DNA from: Dendrobates tinctorius
Lineage: Eukaryota
Assembly: GCF_039654945.1 (NCBI RefSeq)
Contig: NW_027361868.1
Location: 11,842,001 to 11,906,000, forward strand
Length of the DNA: 64,000 nt
Direction of reading: 5' to 3'
Notes under the pieces: model-generated
What the model was told of the DNA's origin: nothing
Database searches by the model: none
The model's input: the letters and a program-made list of their open reading frames with translations, nothing else
Part shown: one piece after another, positions 1 through 10,400 of the stretch
How positions within the stretch are numbered: the first letter of the stretch is position 1
Layout of the letters: every line of letters begins with the position of its first letter
Position numbers and translations under genes: made by a program

Positions 1-2
1 AT

Positions 3-48
3 AAAGCGACGCGTTTCGATCGCTACATGCGATCTTTATCAAAGCTTT
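3..48 (-). ncRNA. Minimal type I hammerhead-ribozyme-like motif, U3-A8 core variant
   Basis: Minus strand AAAGC-U-UUGAUAA-A-GAUCGC-augua-GCGAUC-GAAAC-GC-GUC-GCUUU: stem I 5 bp, perfect 6-bp stem II, GUC triplet. Confidence 0.65.
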
Positions 49-368
49 GGAAATTTGAATTTCGCTTGGAGCTGGATTTTTTCTCCTTTTCTTCATGGAA
101 ATTGACCACTACAGGATGGTGTTCCACGCTCCTATTGAGTCGGTGAGCTGGCTTTATAACTTTATTTAAATTTAACAATGCAGCCTCCACCTAACAGTAT
201 TTTCCTAAGTGGCCCCCTTTTCCGATGCCACCGAGGCGAAGTAGTCCCTGCTCGCAGCATAATGGGGCTTTCACATGCCGCTTTCCTCCAAGGCCCTACA
301 GGGCTTGCGTCCAAACCTCCAGCAAAGTGGGATTCGGACGTATGCGCTGGCGGGGCCACAGACTATTA

Positions 369-1293
369 GGCTATGTGCACACGTACCGGAACTCTCGCGG
401 AAATTACCGCGAGAATTCCGGAATTCCATTCCGCGGGAAAATCGCATTTTAAATTCCCGCGATTTTCCCGCGGAAAAACTAGCATTTTGCAAGCGTAATT
501 AGCTTGCAAAATGCTAGCGTTTTCCAAGCGATCTGCAGCATCGCTTGGAGAACTGATTGACGGGTTGGTCACACTCGTCAAACATAGTGTTTGACAAGTG
601 TGACCAACTTTTTACTACTGAGGCCGCCTATGCAGCATCAGTAGTAAAAGATAAAATGTAAAAAAAAATAAAAAATGGTGTTATTCTTACCTTCCGACGT
701 CCCGCGCAGCCGTTCCCAGTAATCCTTTGCGAAAATGCCCGCGATGATGTCCGTTCTCGCGGGATCGCGACGTCTCGCAGTAATTCGCGATGACGTCTCG
801 CGAATGACTTCGCGATCCCGCGAGAACGGACGCCATCGCGGGCATTTTTGCAACGGATTACTGGGAACGAGAGCGTGGAGAGAGGCGGGAAGGCTGCGCA
901 GGACGCCGGAAGGTGAGAATAACAATATTTTTTATTTTAAATTATATTTTTTACAGGGATATGGTACCCACAGCCCGGAGGACAGTCTCCTCTCCTCCGG
1001 ACCGTGGGTACCATCCGCAAATGTTCTGCTTACTTTCCGCATGGTGTGCACAGCCACATGCGGGAAGTAAGCGGAACAATGCATTCCTATGGGTGCGGGA
1101 TCGCCGCGATTCCGCAAAATTAATGAGCATGCTGCGGTTTTTACTGCGAAGCGATTCCGCTGCGGTAAAAACCACAGCATTGCGGAATCCCATAGGAATG
1201 CATGGAATGCTTATTTTTCTCGTTTTCGTGGCAAAATCGCGCGGATAAAACCACCGCGGAAACGCGAAAAAAATGTAACGTGTGAACTCAGCC
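369..1293. mobile_element. PIF/Harbinger-like MITE
   Basis: TTA|GGCTATGTGCACACGT ... ACGTGTGAACTCAGCC|TAA; internal inverted segments; CpG-rich. Confidence 0.75.
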
Positions 1294-1392
1294 TAATGGT
1301 GCTGGCAGAGCGAACGTGCGCTCTGACGTACGAAATTTTAGGCGCATGTGCCTACCGGAGGCAGACACTCAGACGTAGTGACATTTGTTTTT

Positions 1393-1438
1393 TTCACTTG
1401 AAAAAAATCGCCGTTATGGCATTGAAACGCGTTGTGAA
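1393..1438 (+). ncRNA. Minimal hammerhead-like motif, U3-A8 variant
   Basis: UUCAC-UUGAAAA-A-AAU(c)GCC-guuau-GGCAUU-GAAAC-GC-GUU-GUGAA, overlapping AATAAA 1437-1442. Confidence 0.6.
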
Positions 1439-4323
1439 TAAAAAGCCCTTTCATCATCATCTTTTCTGAAGAATTGATTCACTCCAGCAGCGCAGCCCAC
1501 CTACGTGTTCATCCAACTTGATACAACTCATACATAGCTTATGGGCATGAATGGCGCCAGTGCCACTTCCGGACAGAAAAGAAAAAAAAAAGGAGCTGCA
1601 AGTAATAGATTATCAGAAAACCACACGTACAACTTCCTGTATGACTGAACACAGTCACAAACACAAAGCCACTGAGTACTATAGATCTGCAGAGCTGTCA
1701 ATCATCGCTCGCCGCCTCACGGATGATTGACGTCCTCACATCCCAAGAATGTATGAAGCATGAATCTGAACCGTATTTCCCAGCCTCGACCCGCTCCCGA
1801 CATCCCTTCGTCTTGGTTGGCAGTGAATGGATGTGATGGGAGAAGGTTATGATTTTGTATTCAGAATAAAATACAATGCAGCCATGATTCATAATTCAGA
1901 ATATGGGGGAGGGGTGGGACAAGTGTATAGAAGAAAGCCGCGCTTGTACGGAATGTTTACCTCGCATTTGAACATTTCCTTTTAGGACGGGATAGTATAA
2001 ACCTGGCCTCCAGCTGTTTCTTTCTTTCCCTTTAGTTTCCCCTGCAATCAAATTCAATTAAACAATCCGTACACCCTTCTCAATGGATGACAATAAAGCC
2101 AATTACGCCGCAATCACACAGTCTTTTCTGCACTTCCACTGTTCCTGCCTATTGTGCTGGGTATTTTTATTCCATGCTGGAGATTTTAACCTACACCTTC
2201 TCTGAGCGGCTCGCCGCGGGCAGTTTCACCATAGCTTAGCAACCAATCACTAACCCACGGCGGACCGCGCAAATGCTGATTCAAAACACTAGTTAGTGCC
2301 ATCCGGCCCCGGAATTAAATGTTCCTCGCTGCTGCCCATTGTACTTCTCTGCGGGCCGCTGGATTATAATGGCAGGGAAGCTGAACAAAATGAGATCCTT
2401 GCATCGGAAGGCTGAATGTGATATCCACGAGGAGGGCGATATGTCTTATTGTGAGCGATTCTTATCCTTAAGAATAGGCGCTGATCCTCAGAGTGCACCA
2501 GGGTATTATTAGAGGAATATTAATATGCCATTGAGTGCTCTTAAAGGGAACTGATCAGCAACATTTGTGATAGGATAGGGCCGTGTGCAACAATTGCAAT
2601 GACACCTTTTTCAATCATGATGCGCGCAAGTGCCCGTTACTCGAGTTTGCCTAGGGTGCTCGAGTATGGCGGGTGCTCGAGACAAGTCACATGTTCGAGT
2701 CCCAGCAAATGCATGTAACGCGGCTGTTAGACAGACACAATACATGTGGGGATTGCCTGACAAACATGGGCAAGCCCCACATGTTGGGTGCCTGTAACAG
2801 CAGCAAACATGCAGCTGCGGGGACTCGGAACATGTCACTCATCTTGAGCACCCACTGTACTCAGTGCATACTCGAGCACTTGCGCTCATCACGATCCTTT
2901 GCAGCAAAATTCATCTTTTTATCCATATGCGCTGGTGGGAGTATCGGTACACGTGCAGGCTATGGCTCCTCTTCTTACTGTCAGCTGCTTGATTGACAGT
3001 GGAGAGTTTCACTGGACAAAATCTTGCATGCGCGCCAACCAACCTATTTTTGACCAGTTCCACTAGAATAGCTACAGGGGTTGCAATCACAACCGGACCC
3101 TGGAGCCCAGGAAGGGGGACCAAAAGATCCCTTCTGTCCATATGAAAAGACTATTGCTAATAAAGGCCTGCGATAGTTTGGGAAAGTGTTGGAGATCTTG
3201 CATTGTGGCATGTGAGCTTTAATTTATGCCACCGAGTACAAGGTTAAGGATTTGGGCGGCACATAGAAGCAATTGCATAGGCTAAAATAAGAACGGCGCA
3301 TGCACGATTTTGGCAAGGAGCAGAGGTAAGGTAATAGAGCAGAGAGTTTGCCTTCACCGTTAATCAAGCATGAAAAGAGTGGAGAAAAGAGAAGAGGAGC
3401 CGTGCCTTGTAACTGTACCTGGTCGTGTGCTCCAATTCACATGCAGAGGAAAAGGAAGACGAATTACGGCGCAACCGATTTTGCCACTGCCTTATCCTGC
3501 ACTGCCTCTGCTTGTGTCATGGAAATGTTGCTGACAGGTCTTGTTTACAGGAATGCTTGCTGGGCAAACCCCTTTAACGACCTCTTTTTCTTTGATCCTA
3601 TTTTGTTTCCTTTTACAATTAAAACTTGATAAATCTATAAAGACATCTGTGTCTCAGGAGGTCAGCCATGTCCCACGTCCTCCTCACCTTCCAGCCTCCA
3701 GCTGTAGGCTGGGGCTACACGGGGACTCGTGTTACCCGACACATTTGGAATCATTTGAGACTCTGCCGCAGGTTGCAACGTGACAAAATAGGAAATCATT
3801 ATATTCAATGTTGCAACATGCCGCCAAATCGTTCTAGTTCAAAACAATGAGCTGCAGCAGGAGCCTCCCCCCTCTGCACTAAGGCAAAAGTTGCTAAGTG
3901 CTACCCCATAGCTAAGTCGGTGGGTCTGCAGACTGACACCAGGCAAAAGATGAAACTGATCAGCGCATTAACCCCTTTGTAATCTGCATAATTTCAGGAT
4001 TGTACAGAAAATTCTGCATTTCAAACTTCAATTTTAAGGTTTCGTTAGTAGAAATTTCCAAGTTTAGATTTCGTTTCCTCTCTACATTCAGATGTGGTAG
4101 GAAATGTTCACTGCTACATGTGAACATGCGCCTAAAATTAGGCTACAACGTTTTTGTAACGTTAAATGTAAATTTACTAACATATTAAATAAAAAAATAA
4201 ACTATAATATGTATAGACACACACACAGTATATTTATATATTTTGTGCATTTACAATTTTTATTAGTGGATTACTGCCAAATGTATAGGGCATTTTTGAA
4301 GGGAGCCACCAGTACATCTTAGT

Positions 4324-4340
4324 CTGCCACCTGGTGGCAG
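4324..4340 (-). promoter_or_regulatory. Candidate CTCF site
   Basis: Minus strand CCACCAGGTGGCAG matches the CTCF core consensus. Confidence 0.45.
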
Positions 4341-4395
4341 GACTTATAAATGACACAGGTATATGATATCAACTAAGTACCGTAATATGTGTATA

Positions 4396-5742
4396 TCTAA
4401 TATATAAAGCTCAATGTCTGTGTGTATGTGTGTATGTCCGGGATTGGCATCCGCACCGTCGCAGCTACAGCCACAAAATTTGGCACAGTCACACGTCTGG
4501 ACCCCGAGAGCGCCATAGGCTATGTTGTGAGGCAAAGTTTTAACCCCGCGCCTTCCAATTCACCAAACAATTTTGACCCTATCTACATAATGGGGAAAAA
4601 GTGAAAGGAAAAGTGTTGGAGGCAAATTGACAGCTGCCAGATGTGTACAAGGGGGACTTAAAGAATGAGAGCGATGGCGCCAAAGAGTATATACCGTGCA
4701 GTTGCTAAGGTGGGGCCCTGACATGGGATACTCACCACACACGGGGATATGAACACACACATAATGCGCCACACACTACCACGTGCTTCCACACATATAC
4801 CACCCTCAGCACACATTTCACCACACATACACCAACCTCGCCACACAAAAGTCGAAACACAAAAGTCGCCACTCAAAACTCGCCACGCTGTCCCAGAGCT
4901 GTTTCAAAGATGAAAAACGAGCTGTGATTGGCTGCTATCAGCAACAGTTTTCTTTGCAGACAGTTGTGGTAACTGAGTCCTATTATTCTTATCATTTCTA
5001 TGGTGTTATCGTCCTTCTGTAAAGCTGGAAATAACACAATTTATTACTGTGCCAACACAGACCACCCTCTGACACAGACTGCAGGGGGAGCCCAGTATCA
5101 CACAGGATAGGATTAGATACACTGCTCAGCAGTCAGTATCACACAGGATAGGATTAGATACACAGCTCAGTAGTCAGTATCACACAGGATAGGAATAGAT
5201 ACATGGCTCAGCAGTCAGTATCACATAGGAGAGGATTAGATACACGGCTCAGCAGTCAGTATCACACAGGAGAGGATTAGATACACGGCTCAGCAGTCAG
5301 TATCACACAGGATAGGATTAGACACGCAGCTCAGCTGTCAGTATCACACAGGATAGGATTAGATACACAGCTCAGCAGTCAGTATCACACAGGAGAGGAT
5401 TAGATACACAGCTCAGCAGTCAGTATCACACAGGATAGGATTAGATACACAGCTCAGCAGTCAGTATCACAGGAGAGGATTAGATACCCAGCTCAGCAGT
5501 CAGTATCACACAGGATAGGATTAGATACACAGCTCAGCAGTCAGTATCACACAGAATAGTATTAGATACACGGCTCAGCAGACAGTATCACACAGGATAG
5601 CATTAGATACACGGCTCAGCAGTCAGTATCACACAGGATAGGATTAGATGCATGGTTTTTATGTGCAATATAATCATTATAATTTGTTATAACTAACCAC
5701 AGTTGGTTACTATGCCCAGGCAACGCGGGGCTCTTCAGCTAG
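4396..5742 (+). mobile_element. Non-autonomous Helitron
   Basis: A|TCTAATATATAAAG 5' end; 3' GC-rich hairpin GCCCAGGCAACGCGGGGC then CTAG|T; inserted between A and T with no TSD. Confidence 0.82.
5093..5650. repeat. 41-bp minisatellite (~13.5 copies) inside the Helitron
   Basis: Unit CAGTATCACACAGGATAGGATTAGATACACAGCTCAGCAGT. Confidence 0.95.
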
Positions 5743-7202
5743 TACTATATAGAACTCAGTGCCTCAAAAGGGATTTGTGTTGAAAGGAGAACCTGTGCAC
5801 ACATTTTTACAAATGGAAGTACTGGTATGAGTTGTAGGCGCTTGTTCCCCAATAAAAACTATACCTTTTTTTGTAGAGATGTGATGTACCAGTGATGAGA
5901 AACCTAGTGCAGAAATATGCAAATTAGGCTTAAAGTGCACTGGGGCGTCAGCAAAAAAAAAAAAAAACTCCAAGTGCACTGACACACCCCAATGCACCTC
6001 CGGTCTGATTTGCAAATGGCTTCAATGCTAGATTTCTCACGATTGGCACATCGGATCTCTACAAAAATAAGATATCCTTTTTATTGGGAGACGAGCACCT
6101 ATAAGTAAGTGGTAACAAAGTTTAATAATTACATGGAAACCTTCAGCTTCTCTACATATAGGAAGTTTGCATACACTGGCGTTATAGAATTTACTGCTTC
6201 CAGGATCACAAAATCACAGCAAACCCAAGGCGCAAAATTTCAAAAAAATAACTTGCAAAAAATGGTAACAGCCAATAAAACTATGGCAAAACCCTGAAGT
6301 ACTATGGAAAAATAAGTTGTATTCAGACATGGTGGATTTGATGCTGAGCAGCCTTCACAATGAAAACTGGCATCAATTTACAGTATACCATCCACGTCTA
6401 GCAAGGGAAAGAAAAATCACCAAGAAAATTGGGAAAAGTCACGTTTTTACCATGGATTTCACCCTTCGCATGGTATGGCAAAAAATGTGGGGTGCATTTG
6501 TGTGGCCGGAGCAGCTCGGTGCCCCCCTCAGCGTGGCCGGAGCAGCTCGGTACACCTGGTTTTCCCTCCATCTCCATCCTCAGACAAGGAAGAGATACCG
6601 TATTTTTCGGTAGGAAAATGGGAGTGTAAAATGCACTGCCGGGACATCCCCTTCCTCCCAGCTCAGGACCTGCTGCATTGCACCATTTCTGCAGCCGTCA
6701 GCTTCCTGCAGCAGCGGCGAATGCCTCCTGTGACCCTGCTCCACCACTGTCACCCCCCAGTAAGCAATCCTAAAATCAGGCTACAAGAGGCACCACCATT
6801 GTATGTATAAAAAGTTTTTTTTTTAATTTTTCCTCCCCAAAATTTGGGGTGCGTCTTATAGTCCGCAAAATATGGTCATTACATGTTTTGCATCTGTCTG
6901 ACCTTGACAAAAGTACACCGAACGTCTTTGCTTGGTATGAACAGTCATTTTGTGCTAACAGACTTCCTTTAAATTTGATGAGCGCTTTCATTGGGGTAAA
7001 TAGCCCCCAAATTATACATGGCATAATTGTTTCATGAGCTCATTATAATTATGGATTGACCTAATTATTACTGTTAATTATAAAAAAAAAACAAAAAAAA
7101 AACCACAGAAAATATTATTAATATTATTAACAGGATATAAGACAGTTCTGTACACAGGCTTGAATATCAGTGAAGCTTTTTGGTGGCTGGGGATGGTTGG
7201 GA

Positions 7203-7449
7203 TCAGTCATTTTCCCCAGTGACAAAGAGGTGCACGTTCTTCTTGGACTGTAACATCTGGGCAGTCCGCTCCGCGCCCACCACGGCAGCCAGTCTCTGAG
7301 CATCGTACTTGGAGTACAGCACGGTGCACGTCCATGTGGCTTCCTCGCCCTTGTTCCATGCGGTCATCATGTTACACACCTCGCTGTAGAAGTGAGCATA
7401 AGTCGGCAGCTCGTAGAAGATCAGGTTCCGGACGCCCTTCAGCATGTAC
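7203..7449 (-). CDS. UTP25: UTP25 last coding exon (12)
   Basis: [15 protein letters not shown]...HLFVTGEND then TGA. Confidence 0.95.
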
Positions 7450-10400
7450 CTAAGAACATAAGAATGAGGATTACCAATCAACGTCAACGCCGATCTTTAG
7501 ATTTTGTGCTGTTGGATTCTATAAAAATCATCCATCTTAAACCCAAACTGCCGGGACCCCCACCGATCCGCAGAAAGAAGGGGGTATACTGCCAGTTAAA
7601 GGGGTTTTCTCAACTTTTACCTTCAGAAGCACACAGTTCCTCTGCTTCCAAAAAAAAGGAGTATGCAGCCATTTTAGCGCAAGTTCATCAGCCTCATCAA
7701 GTCTATAGAGATCTACTATGTAGTGTATGCAGCTTATGTTTCGGAACCCAGTGACAGATTTACTTAAAAGGGTCAGACATGTTGCAGACTTTCAGAAGTG
7801 GAATTGACACTCGTCATCGATGAGCATTGTGTGCCACGAGAGGCATAACCAGCACTGGAAGATCTGGACTGAAAGAGTCAGTGGATGATTGGGCAGTGAT
7901 CTGCGATGGCAGGACAGTTGAGGGGGAAAGTATGATCATTTACTCTTTTAAACCATTTTGTGTGCCTATAAAGAATCAAGAAAAATGGCGGCTGGTCGCT
8001 ACTTTGCAAATTGACTCACAAAAAAAAAAAAAAAGTTATTTGAAAAAAAAAAAAAAATTTTTCTGGAAACTTGTGACGAATATCCTTTTGCTGAGAATCG
8101 ACTGACTCGTCTCAACACTTGGATCCTTGTAAAAATGGCAAAGTGGAGTCATAAATGGTTGTTTTCATCTTTTTGTCCGCATATATATAAGGTATTAGTG
8201 TCATTTCTAGAGGGAGTTTCTGCTTCAGGGAGCAAAGGGCGACCAATATGGCATCGTGTGACACCTGGGCTGCGGCAGTAATGACGCGCACTAATGAGCC
8301 CTCCGGGGAGACCCCCTCCAAGGCTTCACAAACAAGCTCCAATATCCTCACCTCTTATAGAAGTGGAACCTCTCAGTGACCAGAAGGAACTGTCTCTCTC
8401 CTTTCAGGAAGTGCTGCCGTGCCCTGGAGATCCCCGGCTTGTCCGTATACTCGCAGATGTGGGTGAAATTCAGCTCTTCCTTTTTGAAGTAATTTCGGAG
8501 CCGCACGTAATCGAAGTAGGAGGGGATGTAGATCAGGGTGTGCGACATGATGGCGTCTCGATATTGAGGCAGGATCTTGTCAGTGAAAAACTTAAATCTA
8601 AAAAGGAAAGAAAACGCATTAAAAGAAGCGGTTGGTCTGCGGTCGGACCGTATTTCCCGAACATCTGACGCAGCTCTAATACTATAGCGGTCTCATTACA
8701 CAAAAAAAGTCTTATTTTCTGTTTCCATATATGAAGCCGCCTCTTCCGCCATCATCTTTAATCACGCAACTAATTTTCATTTTTGCGCTTTTATTGTCTT
8801 CCTCTCCCTTCTTGCTAAAGGCATAACTTTTTGCATCCATCTGCCATATGGGAACCTGTTTTTGTTTTTTTGTGCGGGATGGAAATATGGAATTTCAGTT
8901 TCCCGTATAACATCGCCATTTACTGATACCCATAAATATTTAAATTTTTCTGTCGCTAAAGATCTCTTATTTTTTTTTGCACCACTTTGGTGTATATCAA
9001 AACATTTTTGACCATTTTTGTGGAAAAGTGGGAAAAAATAGCAAAAACTGAAGAAAAAAAAAAAAAAAGGCAATTAATAAGGTCAATTAATACTTGGACA
9101 ATACTTTCTTACTTGCTATATTCCACCTTTATAAAATGATAGCCTGTGCTAAACTCTGGTGCCAGTGCTGTTCAAGCGACATCGGCGCCTGGTCTCCCGG
9201 GGCTCTCGTGACATTATTGTGCTACATGAGCCCTGCAGCCGATCACCAGTCACTTCACTCTCGCCTCCACTCAGAGGAAGAGAGCGGCAGCTCGCACTTC
9301 TTCCAGGTGTCCGTTTCGTCCGAAGACTTTATAGGTGTTATTAGTGCGAATATTACTGACTGGCAATCCATTGTGTCCCTGGGGATGGCTGTTCCATCGA
9401 AACTGTGCCACTGAATTGCTGCAGTCACACTGACTAGCTAAACAGCAGCGGTCGGAGCCGGTTTCGCTTGCTGCTGTTAGATGCCGGTCACGGCTGTATA
9501 ACGCAGATGGCGCCTGCCTTGTATGAAGTGGATTCCCCTCCTAAGCCGGCACGCACCCTAGGATGCATCAGAGTGCGCTACGAGTGTCATCCAACTTTCT
9601 CATACATGGAAAAAATTAAAATTCCAACTTTTGACTTTCTCCCCATAAAAGTGACTGCATAAGTGTCAGAAAGGAGTCAAATTCATCCAACATCAGTGCC
9701 TTACCGGGCATCAATGACAGAAAGCACGTCGTCTGCCTCCAAGCGCTGGAAGACGTGGGGAAGCTGCACCATGACGTGACTTATGGAGCCTGACGTAGCC
9801 ATGTTTCTCACAGCCACCTGGATAGGAACGAGCAAAAAGCAGAAAGGTGTAAGGTTTCCCCCCATCCTAAGGAATCAGCGAGTTCACACTTTAATCATTT
9901 TTATCCATCTACAGATACAAAGTCCACAGTGCGGACATCTGGGGGGTCGTGCTCACTGCACCTACCTGTCCGCTGTAATTACAGCAGTGCTTATTAAACA
10001 CGGAGTTTATCTGGGGGTCCTGCAAGGCACTAAACAGCAGGGTCTGCCGATAGTACTTGGCCCAGTTACTGAGGTTCCACATACGAACACGAGAGAAGTC
10101 CACGCCGTGGGAGTCCGAGGGCTGCAGGTTCAGATGAGACATCAGGTGCTGAAAGGAGAGGAGCAAACATATCACGGTGTATGGAGACCCCGAGAAGATG
10201 GTCACACACCTGACATTCTTAAAGGGTACGGACACCTTAGAGGGGCATTCCTTTTTATTTCTTCCTTATACATAACGCCGCATAGTTGAATAAAAATCAT
10301 TTTTGCAGTTGGGTTTTACTAAAAATTCTGCACTGTTTGCTTTCTATAGCCTCTTGCAGAATGAGTTAACTGAGAATTCATCATTGAGCTTGTTCTGAAG

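Noticed and set aside
5093-5650. Regularly spaced repeats (also 26255-26715, 28322-29222, 53577-53902) as CRISPR arrays
   Set aside because: Contiguous tandem units with no unique spacers, no cas genes, and vertebrate context.
9309-9336. Minus-strand GUC-UUCG-GAC-GAAAC hairpin resembling hammerhead stem II
   Set aside because: No YUGAnRA core upstream (CCUAUAAA), no GUH triplet and no stem I; treated as chance.
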